A DNA stretch of 64,000 bases, taken from positions 744,001 through 808,000 of the forward strand of contig JBLDXI010000038.1 in NCBI GenBank assembly GCA_047495785.1. The letters run 5' to 3'. The stretch's first letter is position 1, and every line of letters starts with the position of its first letter. This DNA is from Lepidodermella squamata (lineage: Eukaryota > Animalia > Gastrotricha). Made by a program: the position numbers and the translations under genes. A model generated the notes under the pieces. That model was not told the DNA's origin. It did not search any database and saw only the letters and a program-made list of their open reading frames with translations. Below are positions 16,136-27,596 of the stretch, piece by piece.

Positions 16136-16477
16136 AAGCTTTGTTTCATCAAAAATTGGTGGTTTCCATTCTTATCTTCCATATATCTCGGAAAATGCAA
16201 ATTTAATTTTTTACTTGAAAGCAAAAAAAAATAAAGGAGAATTGTATGGATTTTTCGATCTCCTCAGATTTTGTATAACTATCACCTAGTTGCGTATAAC
16301 TAATTGGAATCAATAGATTTCAATGAGAATATTCACATTCTTGTTGTTTCCCAATGTATTCAGCTTTTTATTGCATCTATGAACATTGAAATCGTGGTGA
16401 ATAGCGGCTTTCATTCACTGCAGCAGAAAATAAGGGGAGACTCGCTGCTAGACATTTTCTTGCCGAGAGTGAGTGGA

Positions 16478-18058
16478 ATGCATGTAAAACTAGATCACCT
16501 GAAAATTAGTTTGCAGGCAATGATAGTAGTCATGCTAATTTTTCTGTTCTATCGCAATCTGATTTTTCACTTACGCGAGTCTAATTTATCACGAAAAGCC
16601 AGTGAAGTAATGAATCTAGATAATTCGGCAAAACCCTCGTCTGTACAAGTCGTAGAGAAAGGAATGATCACTCCGTTCCCTATGGCACAAATCATCACGA
16701 ATGCCGAGGTAAATGCTCGGTTTTTAGCCTGCAGACGAAAATACGATGAGGAATTCAACGCGAATAAGCCCTACTTCATCTCACCTCGTCTACCCCTACC
16801 GGCTAGTCTCTTCCTGAAAAGGGAAAACGTCACAGGCAGCGACAATGAGGCCGAAATTACCGTCACCAATCTCTACGCCATACTCATGGCTGAGAGTGTC
16901 CATCCATTCTACAACAAAAATTATTTTAAGGCTGCTCTCAACCAGAGTGCGAGCGAGATTTTACGGCTATCCGACTTTTACTCCTGGGCAAATGTTCGCG
17001 ATTGGAGAATCAACAGTGAAGACGGAAGATTGCGCTCCAGCGAAAATTGTTCGGTTGTTAAAGGACTAGGCGATACCTTCGATGCCTTAACCTGGACGAT
17101 TGTCGTCAAATGCCGATTGCAACCGAATTATTTTGTCAATGACGAGAATAATTTCGTACCTGCCGATGAGCTACGTGTAAATTTCACCGCGTTTGAACGG
17201 CCTAGTTTTACCCAAATCGGTCAAAATCTACTAGTTTGCAATTACCGGCTACCGGAACCCAAAAAATACCGTCTAGTTGCTTGTACGCAAGTAGCCGACG
17301 ATCACTTCGATCGAATACCAGAATGGATTGAATATCACCTACTAATTGGTTTCGAGCACATAGTTATCTACGTGAATGAGAATTCAACCGAGAAATACGA
17401 GAAAATGCTGCGAATTTACATTGAGGATTTGCAGGTGCTAACACTGGCTTCGATGTACATTGATGCGCCGGTTGATCTCCCAGGGAAATTCACGCAGCAA
17501 GGTGTTCAAAACGATTGTCTACATCGATTCAAAGGTCGCGCCGATTGGTTGGCACTTCACGACGACGACGAGTTCTTCCAGTACTACTCAAAGCGAGATA
17601 AGCCTTACAACAACGCGACTCTGGTTGATTTTCTCGACTTCATGTACTTTATGGATCGAAGCGTTGGCGGAATTGTATTCCAAAGCTGGTTTTTCGGATT
17701 TAAAAATAACGACTCTTGCGAATCGGACTTGATTTACTCCCGAATTTCAGCAATGAATCATCGTGCTGTTGGGGCACACACCCTCGGCCGGTATAAAATG
17801 ATCGTCCGCCCAGATAACGTCAACTACGTCTACGTCCATGACGTAACAAATGGTGGAGGGATGCATTTCGTCGACGCGAATCATGTCGGAAGACTTGTTC
17901 ACTATCGCATGCCTTACATCGCAGGGTACTTTGACGACTACCAGGCTCATCGTGTGGTGAAAGACACCTCAATGGCGGATGAATACGGCGAAGCTATTTT
18001 TGACAGACTTGAAAAGCACGGCTTTCAGGTTACGAGAAGCCCGAACTGCGAAAATTGA
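16478..18058 (+). CDS. GT92/DUF23 glycosyltransferase, copy E (intronless)
   Basis: Same motif set. The ATG at 16478 was chosen because it lies just before the TM anchor; an upstream in-frame ATG exists, so the start is uncertain. Confidence 0.85.
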   Translation: MHVKLDHLKISLQAMIVVMLIFLFYRNLIFHLRESNLSRKASEVMNLDNSAKPSSVQVVEKGMITPFPMAQIITNAEVNARFLACRRKYDEEFNANKPYFISPRLPLPASLFLKRENVTGSDNEAEITVTNLYAILMAESVHPFYNKNYFKAALNQSASEILRLSDFYSWANVRDWRINSEDGRLRSSENCSVVKGLGDTFDALTWTIVVKCRLQPNYFVNDENNFVPADELRVNFTAFERPSFTQIGQNLLVCNYRLPEPKKYRLVACTQVADDHFDRIPEWIEYHLLIGFEHIVIYVNENSTEKYEKMLRIYIEDLQVLTLASMYIDAPVDLPGKFTQQGVQNDCLHRFKGRADWLALHDDDEFFQYYSKRDKPYNNATLVDFLDFMYFMDRSVGGIVFQSWFFGFKNNDSCESDLIYSRISAMNHRAVGAHTLGRYKMIVRPDNVNYVYVHDVTNGGGMHFVDANHVGRLVHYRMPYIAGYFDDYQAHRVVKDTSMADEYGEAIFDRLEKHGFQVTRSPNCEN

Positions 18059-18121
18059 AAGCGCCCACGCTCAATAAATAATGTAAAAAATAATGAAAAT
18101 AAACTATATTTTTAGAATTTT

Positions 18122-19588
18122 ATGCGTCTTAAATATCGATGCGTCTCAAAATTATTGTTGGCTGTATTGATGGTGGCAGCTTTCCTGTGGATACTCAGGA
18201 CTTTTGCTCATGGCATTGCCGTAACGAATTCGTCTCTGAAGAAAACGAGCGAAAAGTATTGCGAATGTCGAAGAAATTTCCAAGAATTATTCAATACCCG
18301 CAAGATTTGGCAAGTCAAACCAGGCCTCCCCTTACCCGGTGGTCTATTCCTTAAAGAAGAACCAATTGGGAACGAGACGGTGCTGACTCTCTTCGTCATG
18401 TTAATGACGCAAAAACTTTATCCAATATTCGGTAGCGCAAACTCCCGTCACGCCGTGCTGTCACTGGATGACTATTGGGATTGGGCGAATAACAGTTCTT
18501 TATGGAAGGTATCGACGCAGGGTAATTCATTGGCTTATGATTGCTTCCCTCTGGTCGATGAGCTAGGCAAAGCAGATCGATTCACGTGGACCTTAGTTTT
18601 GAAATGTCCGATTCGTTACAATCGACACGAAATATACGATGACGATCATCCTTGGCCGATATTCAATTTGACCTCGCTAAGACGGCCCGATATGTTGATA
18701 ATTGGCCAAGACTTACCCGTCTGCAGCTTGGATTTACCGAGCAAAACGCGCTATCGTCTGGTGGCATGTAGCCAAGTTGCTGATGATCATTTCGATCGAA
18801 TTCCGGAATGGATCGAGTACCATTTGATGATTGGCTTCGAGTACTTCATCATTTATATCAACCAGAATTCTACAGATGCGTACGAAAAATTACTGAGGGT
18901 ATACGTTGAAATGAACGTATTAACTTTGGTGCCGTTTTATTTCGACGCCCCGGTAGATATGCCGGGGAAATTTGCGCAGCACATTGCTCAAACGGAGTGT
19001 CTTCAATTTTTCAAAGGTCGTGCCGATTGGCTGGGACTTCAAGATGTTGACGAGTTCTTCCAGCTGTACAACAACGAGACGAGTTTAATTGATCATTTGG
19101 AGCTGATGCACAAAAAGTACAAAGCAATGAACCTTACAATGGGTGGGCTTGCTTTTCATTCCTGGTTTTTCGGTTTCCAAAACAGGTAAAATGCAACATT
19201 TGTGTTTAATTAAATTGTATTCCTTTCAATTGGCTTTTCCGATAGATCGGAATGTAACAATTCAACTGGATTTTACTCGCGAATCACGTCGATGGAATGG
19301 AGATCTAAAGGCTATCACACGAATGGCCGGCAAAAAATGATAGTTCGCGTCGACAATGCTGATTATTTTTATATTCACGAAATTACCTCTGGCGGCTACG
19401 AATTCTGGGGTGACGCGGACGGTCGATTAGTGCATTATCGACTGCCTTACATTGAAGGTCACCTCGCGCAATACACCAGCGGATCGCTCGAGTTCGATTC
19501 GAGCATGTCATCAAATTACGGCGCACAACTATTGAAACGGTTGGAAATTCGGGGCTTCAACGTAACCTCAGAGCCGAATTGCAATTAA
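18122..19588 (+). CDS. GT92/DUF23 glycosyltransferase, copy F; exons 18122-19185, 19246-19588
   Basis: Same motifs. A 60-nt GT-AG intron joins WFFGFQN-R-SECNNSTGFYSRITSMEW in frame. Confidence 0.85.
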
Positions 19589-20357
19589 ATAATTTAAAAT
19601 GAATAATTCAACTTTTTTGAAATGACTCATGTTGGTTTAAGTAGTGTTGATAGCTTGTTGTATGGGAATTTTTGATGATGAATCTCATCGAAAAAATGCG
19701 GCCTGCAAGCTAAGGAAGCAGAAAGAGCAGAGCGAAAGAAGGGAAAGAAAAATGAATTAAACGATAAGTATAGTTTTTGCCGACTTCTCAATACGGGAGT
19801 TTTTTTCTTGTTCTTACTCTATAAATGGCTAGGCTCCAATCGTATGCTACCTGTGTCTTCCCGAAAAAGCGTGACTGAAACATTGAATGAGCGGAATTGT
19901 ATTTTACACCAGTTTGTTAGTCTAAAATGGAAAACTATTGTAGTAACTTCGTTTCTGATGTGTTTGCTTTGTCGCAAAATTACACCGGTATTAAAACGTG
20001 AGCATAACAACACTTTTGCAAGTCTCACTCAAAAGCAACAATAAAAAAGATGAACATTGATGATGTGGCTTAAAAAGAACAAAAGCTGCCAACTGTCGGC
20101 TAACAAACATCTAGCCGCAGCAAATGAAATGAAACCTGCAATAAAAGCGCGTAATTATTGAGAAAGGCGTGCACACGCCCCGCATCAGAATGAAGTCTCT
20201 TATCAATTGGGACTCTCTTGAAATTATTTTCCGAGAAAATTACCTAAATTCACGCATGAAGGAGCTGTTATACTAGCTATCTTAGATCTAATCAGGCTAT
20301 GTCAACACGCCGAGACAACAATATAGCTTCATACAATCCTATTTTTATAAAAATTAG

Positions 20358-21036
20358 ATGAATTATCACAACGAATTCCGCACGTTGTTTTTCTTGAACT
20401 GGCTCATCTACAGCTTAACAAATGGTGAGCATTTAGGAAAGCGGCAATTAATTTTAATTTATTCAAGTTTCAGCCATTCCGATGTACCTTCAAGCTCGAG
20501 GCGCAGACTCGTATTATGATTCGAGATCTGGATACGATGATGAATACGACTACAGAGAGCCGGATAGGGCCGAAGTTATGACCAAGTTGTCTCAATTCCT
20601 GGAAATAGCAGACCATTCTGAGACAACAAGCGAGAAATCCTTGCTGTACCACTCAAAAGACGTCGAATTTAGCCAAACATCGAAGCAGCGCTTTACGGAG
20701 GACGACTACGTTACTTCGTACGATTACGATGGCAGTTTCGATTCGACTACAACCACTAGTAAAATTAGTACCGCGACTGGTAAATTGGTTGAAACACAAA
20801 GGTCTGACATTCACACAAAAGCGACGCCGAGGAATCGAAAATTTGACTCGAAGAATGGCTGGACGAAGAAACATTTTCGAGGCTTGCTTCTCCTGATATT
20901 TTCTATAATAATCGCTTTGGCTGGTGGAATGACTGGTTTGTACTTGTTCCCGAGATTAGTACTTCCGATCATCATAGGCGCTGCGATAATTGCCGCTGTT
21001 TTAGGCATCCTAGGCCTTGTATTGATATATTCATAG
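20358..21036 (+). CDS. Uncharacterised membrane protein (signal-like N-terminus, acidic/Tyr/Thr-rich body, two C-terminal hydrophobic helices); exons 20358-20424, 20474-21036
   Basis: A 49-nt GTGAG...TTTCAG intron links MNYHNEFRTLFFLNWLIYSLTN in frame to ORF 20482-21036. Confidence 0.65.
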
Positions 21037-21250
21037 AAAAAACGCGTTTTACTCGTTATTAATTGTACAAAAATGAAACGCTTTCAATGGAGGTGCGCGC
21101 ATCTCACCACATCACAGCTGTAAAAAATGGTTATTTACCACTGGTTTTTTACTCGGAAGATGACACAGGTAGCAGTCAATAAAAAGCCTGCTCACTCGCA
21201 ATAAACAAGGCAAAATTTACGGCATTATTCGTACTTTAATAATACTCACG

Positions 21251-22687
21251 ATGTTAGGGGTGATAAAGTTAATTTTTGAATTTTTCATAATTTTATCGCG
21301 ATTTTCGTTACTTTCCGACGGCTGCACCACCGGCCGCGGTCGAGGCGGTTATGACGACGACGAATATGGCGCGACAACGGAGGATCCTTTCATGCGATAT
21401 TGGCGACGGGACTACGGCTTTGGTTTCGGTTACGACCAGTATGGCTACGACCGCTTTGGTTTCAAGCGGCCAAAGCCGGGTTTCTACCTTCGAGGAGGCG
21501 AGTGTGGCTTCAGCATTTACTCGTTCGGCAGCAATGAGACAAAGCGAGAGGCCATAGTCGAGTTGACGAAAAGCGGATTTGCGAGACGGCACGAGTTCCC
21601 GTGGCAGGTCTACATCGTCGTAACTAACGGTCCGTTTGAGGCACCATGTACCGGTATCATCTTAGATGAGCAATGGGTCCTTACGACTGCTAGCTGTGTC
21701 TATCGCGCTTTCCACGATCCTCAGTAAGTTTAAAAATGGCTCTAATTCATTGTTGGGTAAAACTTGATCAATTCCAATAGGTACATTCAGGTGTTTTATG
21801 GGGCCTACACTCAGCCAATTTTTCCGGGCAATGACGCCGAAGTTTTATTGGAGGACAATGAAGGCGTTGATCCTTTACCGTTTCAAGGCTTTGTCGAACG
21901 AGTATTTTACCACCCTAAATTCAACACGGCGACGTTCAGTTATGACTTTGCATTGCTGAAAATTCGAACTCGCTTGAATTTTCGCAACTCCGAATACGCG
22001 CAACCGATTTGTCTACCGAGTTCGCAATTCGAATGCGACAGCTTCTGCGGGAAATCGCGGGCTATCAAGGTGGTTAGTGGGTGGCTATCAGCGCCTCAAA
22101 CCCACAAAGAATTTTTCACTAGTCTTTCATTTCGGAAAAATCAGAAACTAGCTCAGCGCAATTTGTATAACAGACGTCGAGCTAGGGTTGATTCTGACGT
22201 CGATTTGGCGCTTACAGCACAGCGGGTCTTACAGAAATTCGGTGGTGGGCAAATTTCATTCGATGGCAATCGAACGTGTAACGGCGATCGAGAGCGATTC
22301 GATGATCAGTCTCAGATGTGTGTGAAGCTGCCGAATACAGCGGGCGTGAATTCATGTTTACTCTACCCTGGTTCGCCGATAATGGCGGTCGGCGAACGGC
22401 GCGGGAATCTTGGTATTCGATTCTGGCTCTGCGGATTGAAATCGATCACGCAGGATAGGTTGAATTCGGATGGCTGCGGCGCTTCCCCGGGTAATCTCTA
22501 CCCGAATTCAACGACGCTCTACTCAAATTTGTGTGCGGCGTTGGATTGGATAAATGCGCGGCCGAGACCTACAACGACATCGACTACTACGCCAAGCTGG
22601 CGGCCGATGCGGTCAACGCAGGGCACGACCCGGCCACCTGTTTACGGTTACGATTACTACAACGAGGCAGATTACTCACCTGTGTAA
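21251..22687 (+). CDS. Secreted trypsin-fold (S1) serine protease homolog, predicted inactive; exons 21251-21723, 21781-22687
   Basis: Signal peptide; EFPWQV, CTGIILDEQWVLTTASC, YDFALLK, QPICLP. Catalytic His and the GDSGGP Ser are absent. Confidence 0.85.
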
Positions 22688-22794
22688 AATCTAGACAATT
22701 TGAAATGACGAAAAGTGAAAATAAAACTGAACCCGTTTTTTTCTGCATCCGTACAGTACCTAGATAGCAAGACAAAAGACAGGATTTTCAAAAT

Positions 22795-23777
22795 TTATCC
22801 GGATCATAGTGGAAAATACGCCGTAAAACAGCCCGGAATATTTTCTGCTATCCCGGGCTGTTTGAGCCAGAATATCATGCTATCCGGGCTGATTTAAACT
22901 CAGGTCATGGCTTGAAATTTTGGCAGCATTTACCCCTATTTTCGATTTCTTTGAGCACGGAAACAAAAGTCACGAAAATACTGAGGCGCCGAAACCCCCG
23001 CGACCCCCAAAATTTTATTATTCCGTAATTGCGAGAAAATTAACAAGGTTAAAGAATATGCAGCAAAGACACGGGAACAAGTGGGCCGATGATTCGCCTG
23101 GGTCAGGTTCGATTCAGCAGAAAATCCACCGGAGCCGAGAATCATCGCCGATCGCTTAGAGCCAACCGCAACTTGCGCTCGATCTTGCTCTGGGGCGGGC
23201 TCAGATCAACTCGAGAATCGGGGTGGCGCCAAGAGAGGATGTTAGAGCAAACAAGTCGCCAGCCGACACCGTTTCGCTGCCATCGCTGGGTGACTGGCTG
23301 GTTGACTGGGAATTCTTCTTGCGTACTAGCAGCCTGGCTTCTAAGATTGAACAGCTGAATTCGCGATTCGAGATATAGGCTTTAAGTTTTGCCCGAAATT
23401 GATGCGATCCATGTTGATGCGGACGGGCGTGAAAACAAGCAATTTCAAATCGCAGCGAAAAAAGGAAGAATGATTAGCGTTTGAAAATCATTCGCTTTTG
23501 CAATTTTGATGCACAATTTTAAGTTGGATTTTTTATTTTCAATATTTTCGCTCAATCCCACTAGGATGGTATGTGTATTGTAACGAAAATTTGGTGTTTC
23601 GGGAGGATAGTCGGGGATAGCGATCCGGATAACAACTATATCTGGAAGCTTTTACGCGGATAGGTCAAATATTCGCCTTCAGGCCGCTATTCCGACCTTC
23701 GGCTGCGCCTCAGGTCTCCATAGCTGGCCTTCAGGCGAATATTTTCCGCTATCCGCTACAAAGCTCCCAGAGATTGT
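22795..23777. mobile_element. Non-autonomous DNA element C: 11-bp inverted repeat pair plus terminal ~130-nt hairpin
   Basis: ttatccggatc (22795-22805) / gatccggataa (23622-23632), followed by an imperfect palindrome at 23641-23771. Confidence 0.55.
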
Positions 23778-23781
23778 ATAT

Positions 23782-23896
23782 AATCCTTATGCTACCAAAG
23801 GAAATAGAATTCTCGCGCTATTTTATTTGTATCGATCAGTTCAAAACTTCGCGCGCGCGGGAAAATTCAACGTCAATTTGGTAGCATATAAGGATT
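23782..23896. repeat. Miniature inverted-repeat element
   Basis: aatccttatgctaccaaa ... tttggtagcatataaggatt (inverted repeat with a 2-nt indel). Confidence 0.6.
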
Positions 23897-23900
23897 TAAT

Positions 23901-25302
23901 TATTCCTACATGCGCATGGTAAAATTTAGCCATTGGGAAATTTAATTCCCACATGGTTGGTTATTTTTTGCTTCAATGGAAAATGTGATTCCGCCCGGTG
24001 TTTCCGCCCGGTGATTCCGCCCGCTCACGCGTTTAAGGTGGATCTTTTATTTTTAATTTTAGTTGATTTCCAAATCAGTAAATTACTGGACAAACCAGAC
24101 TCCTTCAAGAAATTAGACCAAGAAAACTACAATTTGAACCAAATAAAGCATTTTAACAATAGCCAATTTTATTTAACACGTAAATTGTGAGAGATTAGCT
24201 TATACAAATCGAAAAGTCAGTTCTGGAGTTTTGGCATGAACAGTGCAGTATTTACTTGAAAACTGGCGTCGACCGTGAACTGACGTCATTCAAACCGGTT
24301 CCTCGAGCTGGTCATGGCCAAACAATGCCAATGCGAAGTCGTTTCGCACGGAGATATTCCTCCGAAAGCCGTTGATCAGCATAGTCGGCGAATCGTTTCC
24401 TTGAATTCCGTTCCACCGTTTCAAATGTATGAAGCGCAATTCCCGCGGTGTTTCGTTGCAGTGATCAGCAACGTCTTCAAATAAAAAGCCGTTATCGCCG
24501 TCATCGCCGGCGGATTGATCGCCCTAGTCGAATTTGCCTAGAGGAAATTCGGCCATTTTCTGCTACTTAAGAATTGCGGTTTTCACGAGCTGATTTTCAC
24601 GAGCTGATTGTTGCATTGGTAGACTGCATTTGGTTAGAATCGACTGCGTTTCCGAGGATTAGTCGCGGTTGCCGAGCGTGATTTTCACCAAAACAAATTC
24701 AGTGCGAAAATAATTCGATACGAAAGAGGAATGAAACAAAAAGAATTTGTTAACCGATTTTTTAAGGTTGATTTTTTAATTCAAACGAAATTAATTTAAA
24801 CAGACGCCATGGGTGTGAGTGGTTGTGCATTTTATCCAGATTTCGAGCGGAAAATGGGTTTTTTTGGGAAAATAACCAACAATGTGGGAACAGGAATCCT
24901 AAACTTGTGTTTCGGGCAAAAACTCGATTTCAGCCCTTGAAAATACCCTCGGGCTTCGCTCCGCTACGCCCTCGGGCATTTTCAGCGGGCCGAAATCTCG
25001 TTTCTGCCCTCAACACCGTTAAGGATTCCTTAATTTCTCTATGGCTGAATTAAATTTTTTTAAGGCGGACTTTTTATTTCAATTTTTTACGCTATTTTCA
25101 TAGGGGTATGACCCTTTAACACCCCAAAAAGTGGCTCCAGATAGTGCGCATGTAGGAATAGCATTACTCTATGGCTTTCCATGGAGAAATCCAATTTCCC
25201 CCCTCTCTGGAACCCCGAGTGAGTTTGGCGCAGCCAAACGAATCGAGGGGTTCCAGATCGGGGGGAAATTTTATTTCTCCATGGCTAGCCATAGAGTATT
25301 CC
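23901..25302. mobile_element. Non-autonomous DNA element B: 16-bp perfect inverted repeat pair plus terminal ~135-nt hairpin; interrupted by element A
   Basis: tattcctacatgcgca (23901-23916) / tgcgcatgtaggaata (25145-25160); palindrome at 25165-25298. Confidence 0.65.
23942..25035. mobile_element. Non-autonomous DNA element A nested in B: 22-bp inverted repeat pair plus 139-nt terminal hairpin, flanked by TTAATT direct repeats
   Basis: ttcccacatggttggttatttt (23946-23967) / aaaataaccaacaatgtgggaa (24869-24890, 1 mismatch); palindrome at 24892-25030; ttaatt at 23942-23947 and 25030-25035; subterminal 13-bp x3 repeat at 23985-24023. Confidence 0.7.
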
Positions 25303-26047
25303 CTTATGACTCAAAAATGAAAAACCATGATTATGATATCGCTTTTCCATCAAATCCTACGACTAAAAAAGGATTTAATTAATAGTAAACTTTCGAAGTT
25401 CCCCGTTAAAGGTTTCGTACAGTAGCCTTGTTGAAGCGAGGACCTGTGAAACCAGTAAGATCGGTTCATTCTGTTGAAAATTTATTATCGTCGAAATTTA
25501 TTTTTGACTAAAATGAATCGTCAGCTGTGCGTGACTGATAATTTATTATGAGCGCTATCAGAAATTTCGAGAAGATTCTAGCGATTTTGTCTACTTTTAG
25601 CTGACTGAAAGCGGTTTAAAAAATTATGACAGTTGAATTCCGCAAAAATCACGGCCGAAACATTGCCGGTAGTTTGAAATTATGTTTTATATGTCATATT
25701 TTGGGTGTTTAAATTTAAAATAGTTAATTAGCGCGAATCTATTGGCGAGGTTTTTCCGGGAAACGTCAGCCCCAAGGAGGCCTTGAGGAGGCACAGTAAT
25801 GCAGCGGCAGTTAAGCCGTATGAAACAGTGTATTTTGCGGGTGCAATGGTACTACTTTTTCGAAAATAAATACCGAGTGCGAAGGGTTCAGGTGTTTGGA
25901 GTGCTTTTCGACGGCATTTTACCAACACTAGCCTACGACAGCCTGTATATGTGCGTTCCGCTGCCGAGGTGTAACGTGTTGTTATCAACAATTTGCAACA
26001 AAAACTAACAAAACTTGTCAGTTGCCTGAATAATTCCTGCTCAAATA

Positions 26048-27531
26048 ATGAGACTATTATTTTCGGCTCTAACGATATTCGAGATAATCGATGCGAGCCT
26101 GGCTTGCTTTTCCCAGCTCGCACCCGGCACAGCGCCGCCACCTGTTTTAATTACTATACCATCAGCAACCCGCCCAACACCTGCAGCAGCAAATCCGGTT
26201 TCCTCAGCAACGGAATCAGTTAGTTTCATCGTCAATCAAAACGGAGACTTGGTTATAATAGGCGATAGTCCCGCTGAGGCCGTCGCCACGCCGGAACCCG
26301 CTCGTAATGAGGAACAAGGGGATATTCAATGCGGGTTTAGCGCATTATCGAGAGGCGAGGCGAATATGGAGTCGACTTTCAACGAGCTGAAAGAGACTGG
26401 GCGGGCTAGGATGTTTGAATTCCCGTGGCAGGTTTTCATCGTCATCAACCAGGGTCCAAATACAGCTACTTGTTCCGGCATCATCATTGACAGTCAATGG
26501 ATTCTAACCACAGCCAGCTGCCTGTACTCGGCTTATCACGATCCCAAGTAACTCTTAAGAAATTACACGTTTAGGCCTAATTTTTTTTATTTTTCAGCGA
26601 AATAACTGTTTATCTAGGTGCTTACACTCATCCCTTAGTCACCGAGGGTACCCCGCAGGATCAGCCATATAATATTATTGCGAAAAGCGTTCATAACCAT
26701 CCGAAATTTAATGCTGCTTCCTTGAGTTACGACTTTTCTTTGCTAAAACTACTTCAGCCAATAGATTTCAGTCGCAACGATGTCCAGCCAATCTGCACCC
26801 CGATCTCGACTTTCATCTGCGAACTCGCGTGTCAATTCGATCGAGATTTTGGCGGTAGCCACACGACTGTTGGGTGGTTGATGAGTCAGGATATTCTGAA
26901 TCACTACAGACGCGGGGCTAGTTTGTCTCCAAGAGCTCCTTCGAGAACCAGGGACAGGATCGTCACCCCTCCCAGGCCGGAATTCACGCAATTCAACGTT
27001 ATGGCTAGTCGGATCCTGCAAAAATTCGCGAATGCAACAACGATAACACCTGCTCGTTGTGTTAATGCCGGATTCCCCGCAAGTTCCTTGGACAATATAA
27101 CTAGAGTTTGCATCGAGATTCCGAACACCAACGACCCAGCTGTTGATGCGTGTAATCTGCAAACTGGTTCAACGTTACTAGCAGCCGTGCCAGCTTTCAA
27201 CAACTCGGGCGTTCAATTCGCGATTTGTGGCCTGAAATCAGCAGAAAGTCGACAACAAGGCCGATCGAATCCGCCATACAACTGCGCGTATTCTGCGCCA
27301 AACCAGCGAAAATCTGTATCACTGTTCGCGACCATCTGTCCTGTAGTTGATTGGCTGAATAGCCGGGCTGGGTTCAGGCGAGTTCCGACGACTACAACTC
27401 AAACAACTAAGAAAGCGCCGCGAACAACAAATTCGCCATTCGACTATGTTTTGTCAAATGGCGATTACATCTATTACACTGATGGTGATAATTATGATGC
27501 TGAGTTAAAAGGCAATAAAAATGATTCTTAA
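26048..27531 (+). CDS. Secreted trypsin-fold serine protease homolog, predicted inactive (paralog of 21251-22687); exons 26048-26547, 26598-27531
   Basis: Signal peptide; FEFPWQV, CSGIIIDSQWILTTASC, YDFSLLK, QPICTP. The 50-nt intron is at the same HDP position as in the paralog. Confidence 0.85.
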
Positions 27532-27596
27532 CAGCTGAGAAATTGTCTGCTTTTTATTTTATCTCAAAAATTACGATTTTATTAAAAAAAATGTCA

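Noticed and set aside
24180-24556. Interrupted minus-strand reading frame inside element A
   Set aside because: Several stops and no recombinase, transposase or Rep motif, so it cannot be used to classify the element.
22795-25302. Long hairpins considered as pre-miRNAs or a CRISPR-like array
   Set aside because: No repeat-spacer periodicity. The hairpins are tied to IR pairs and direct repeats and have DNA-type GNA triloops, which fits mobile elements better.
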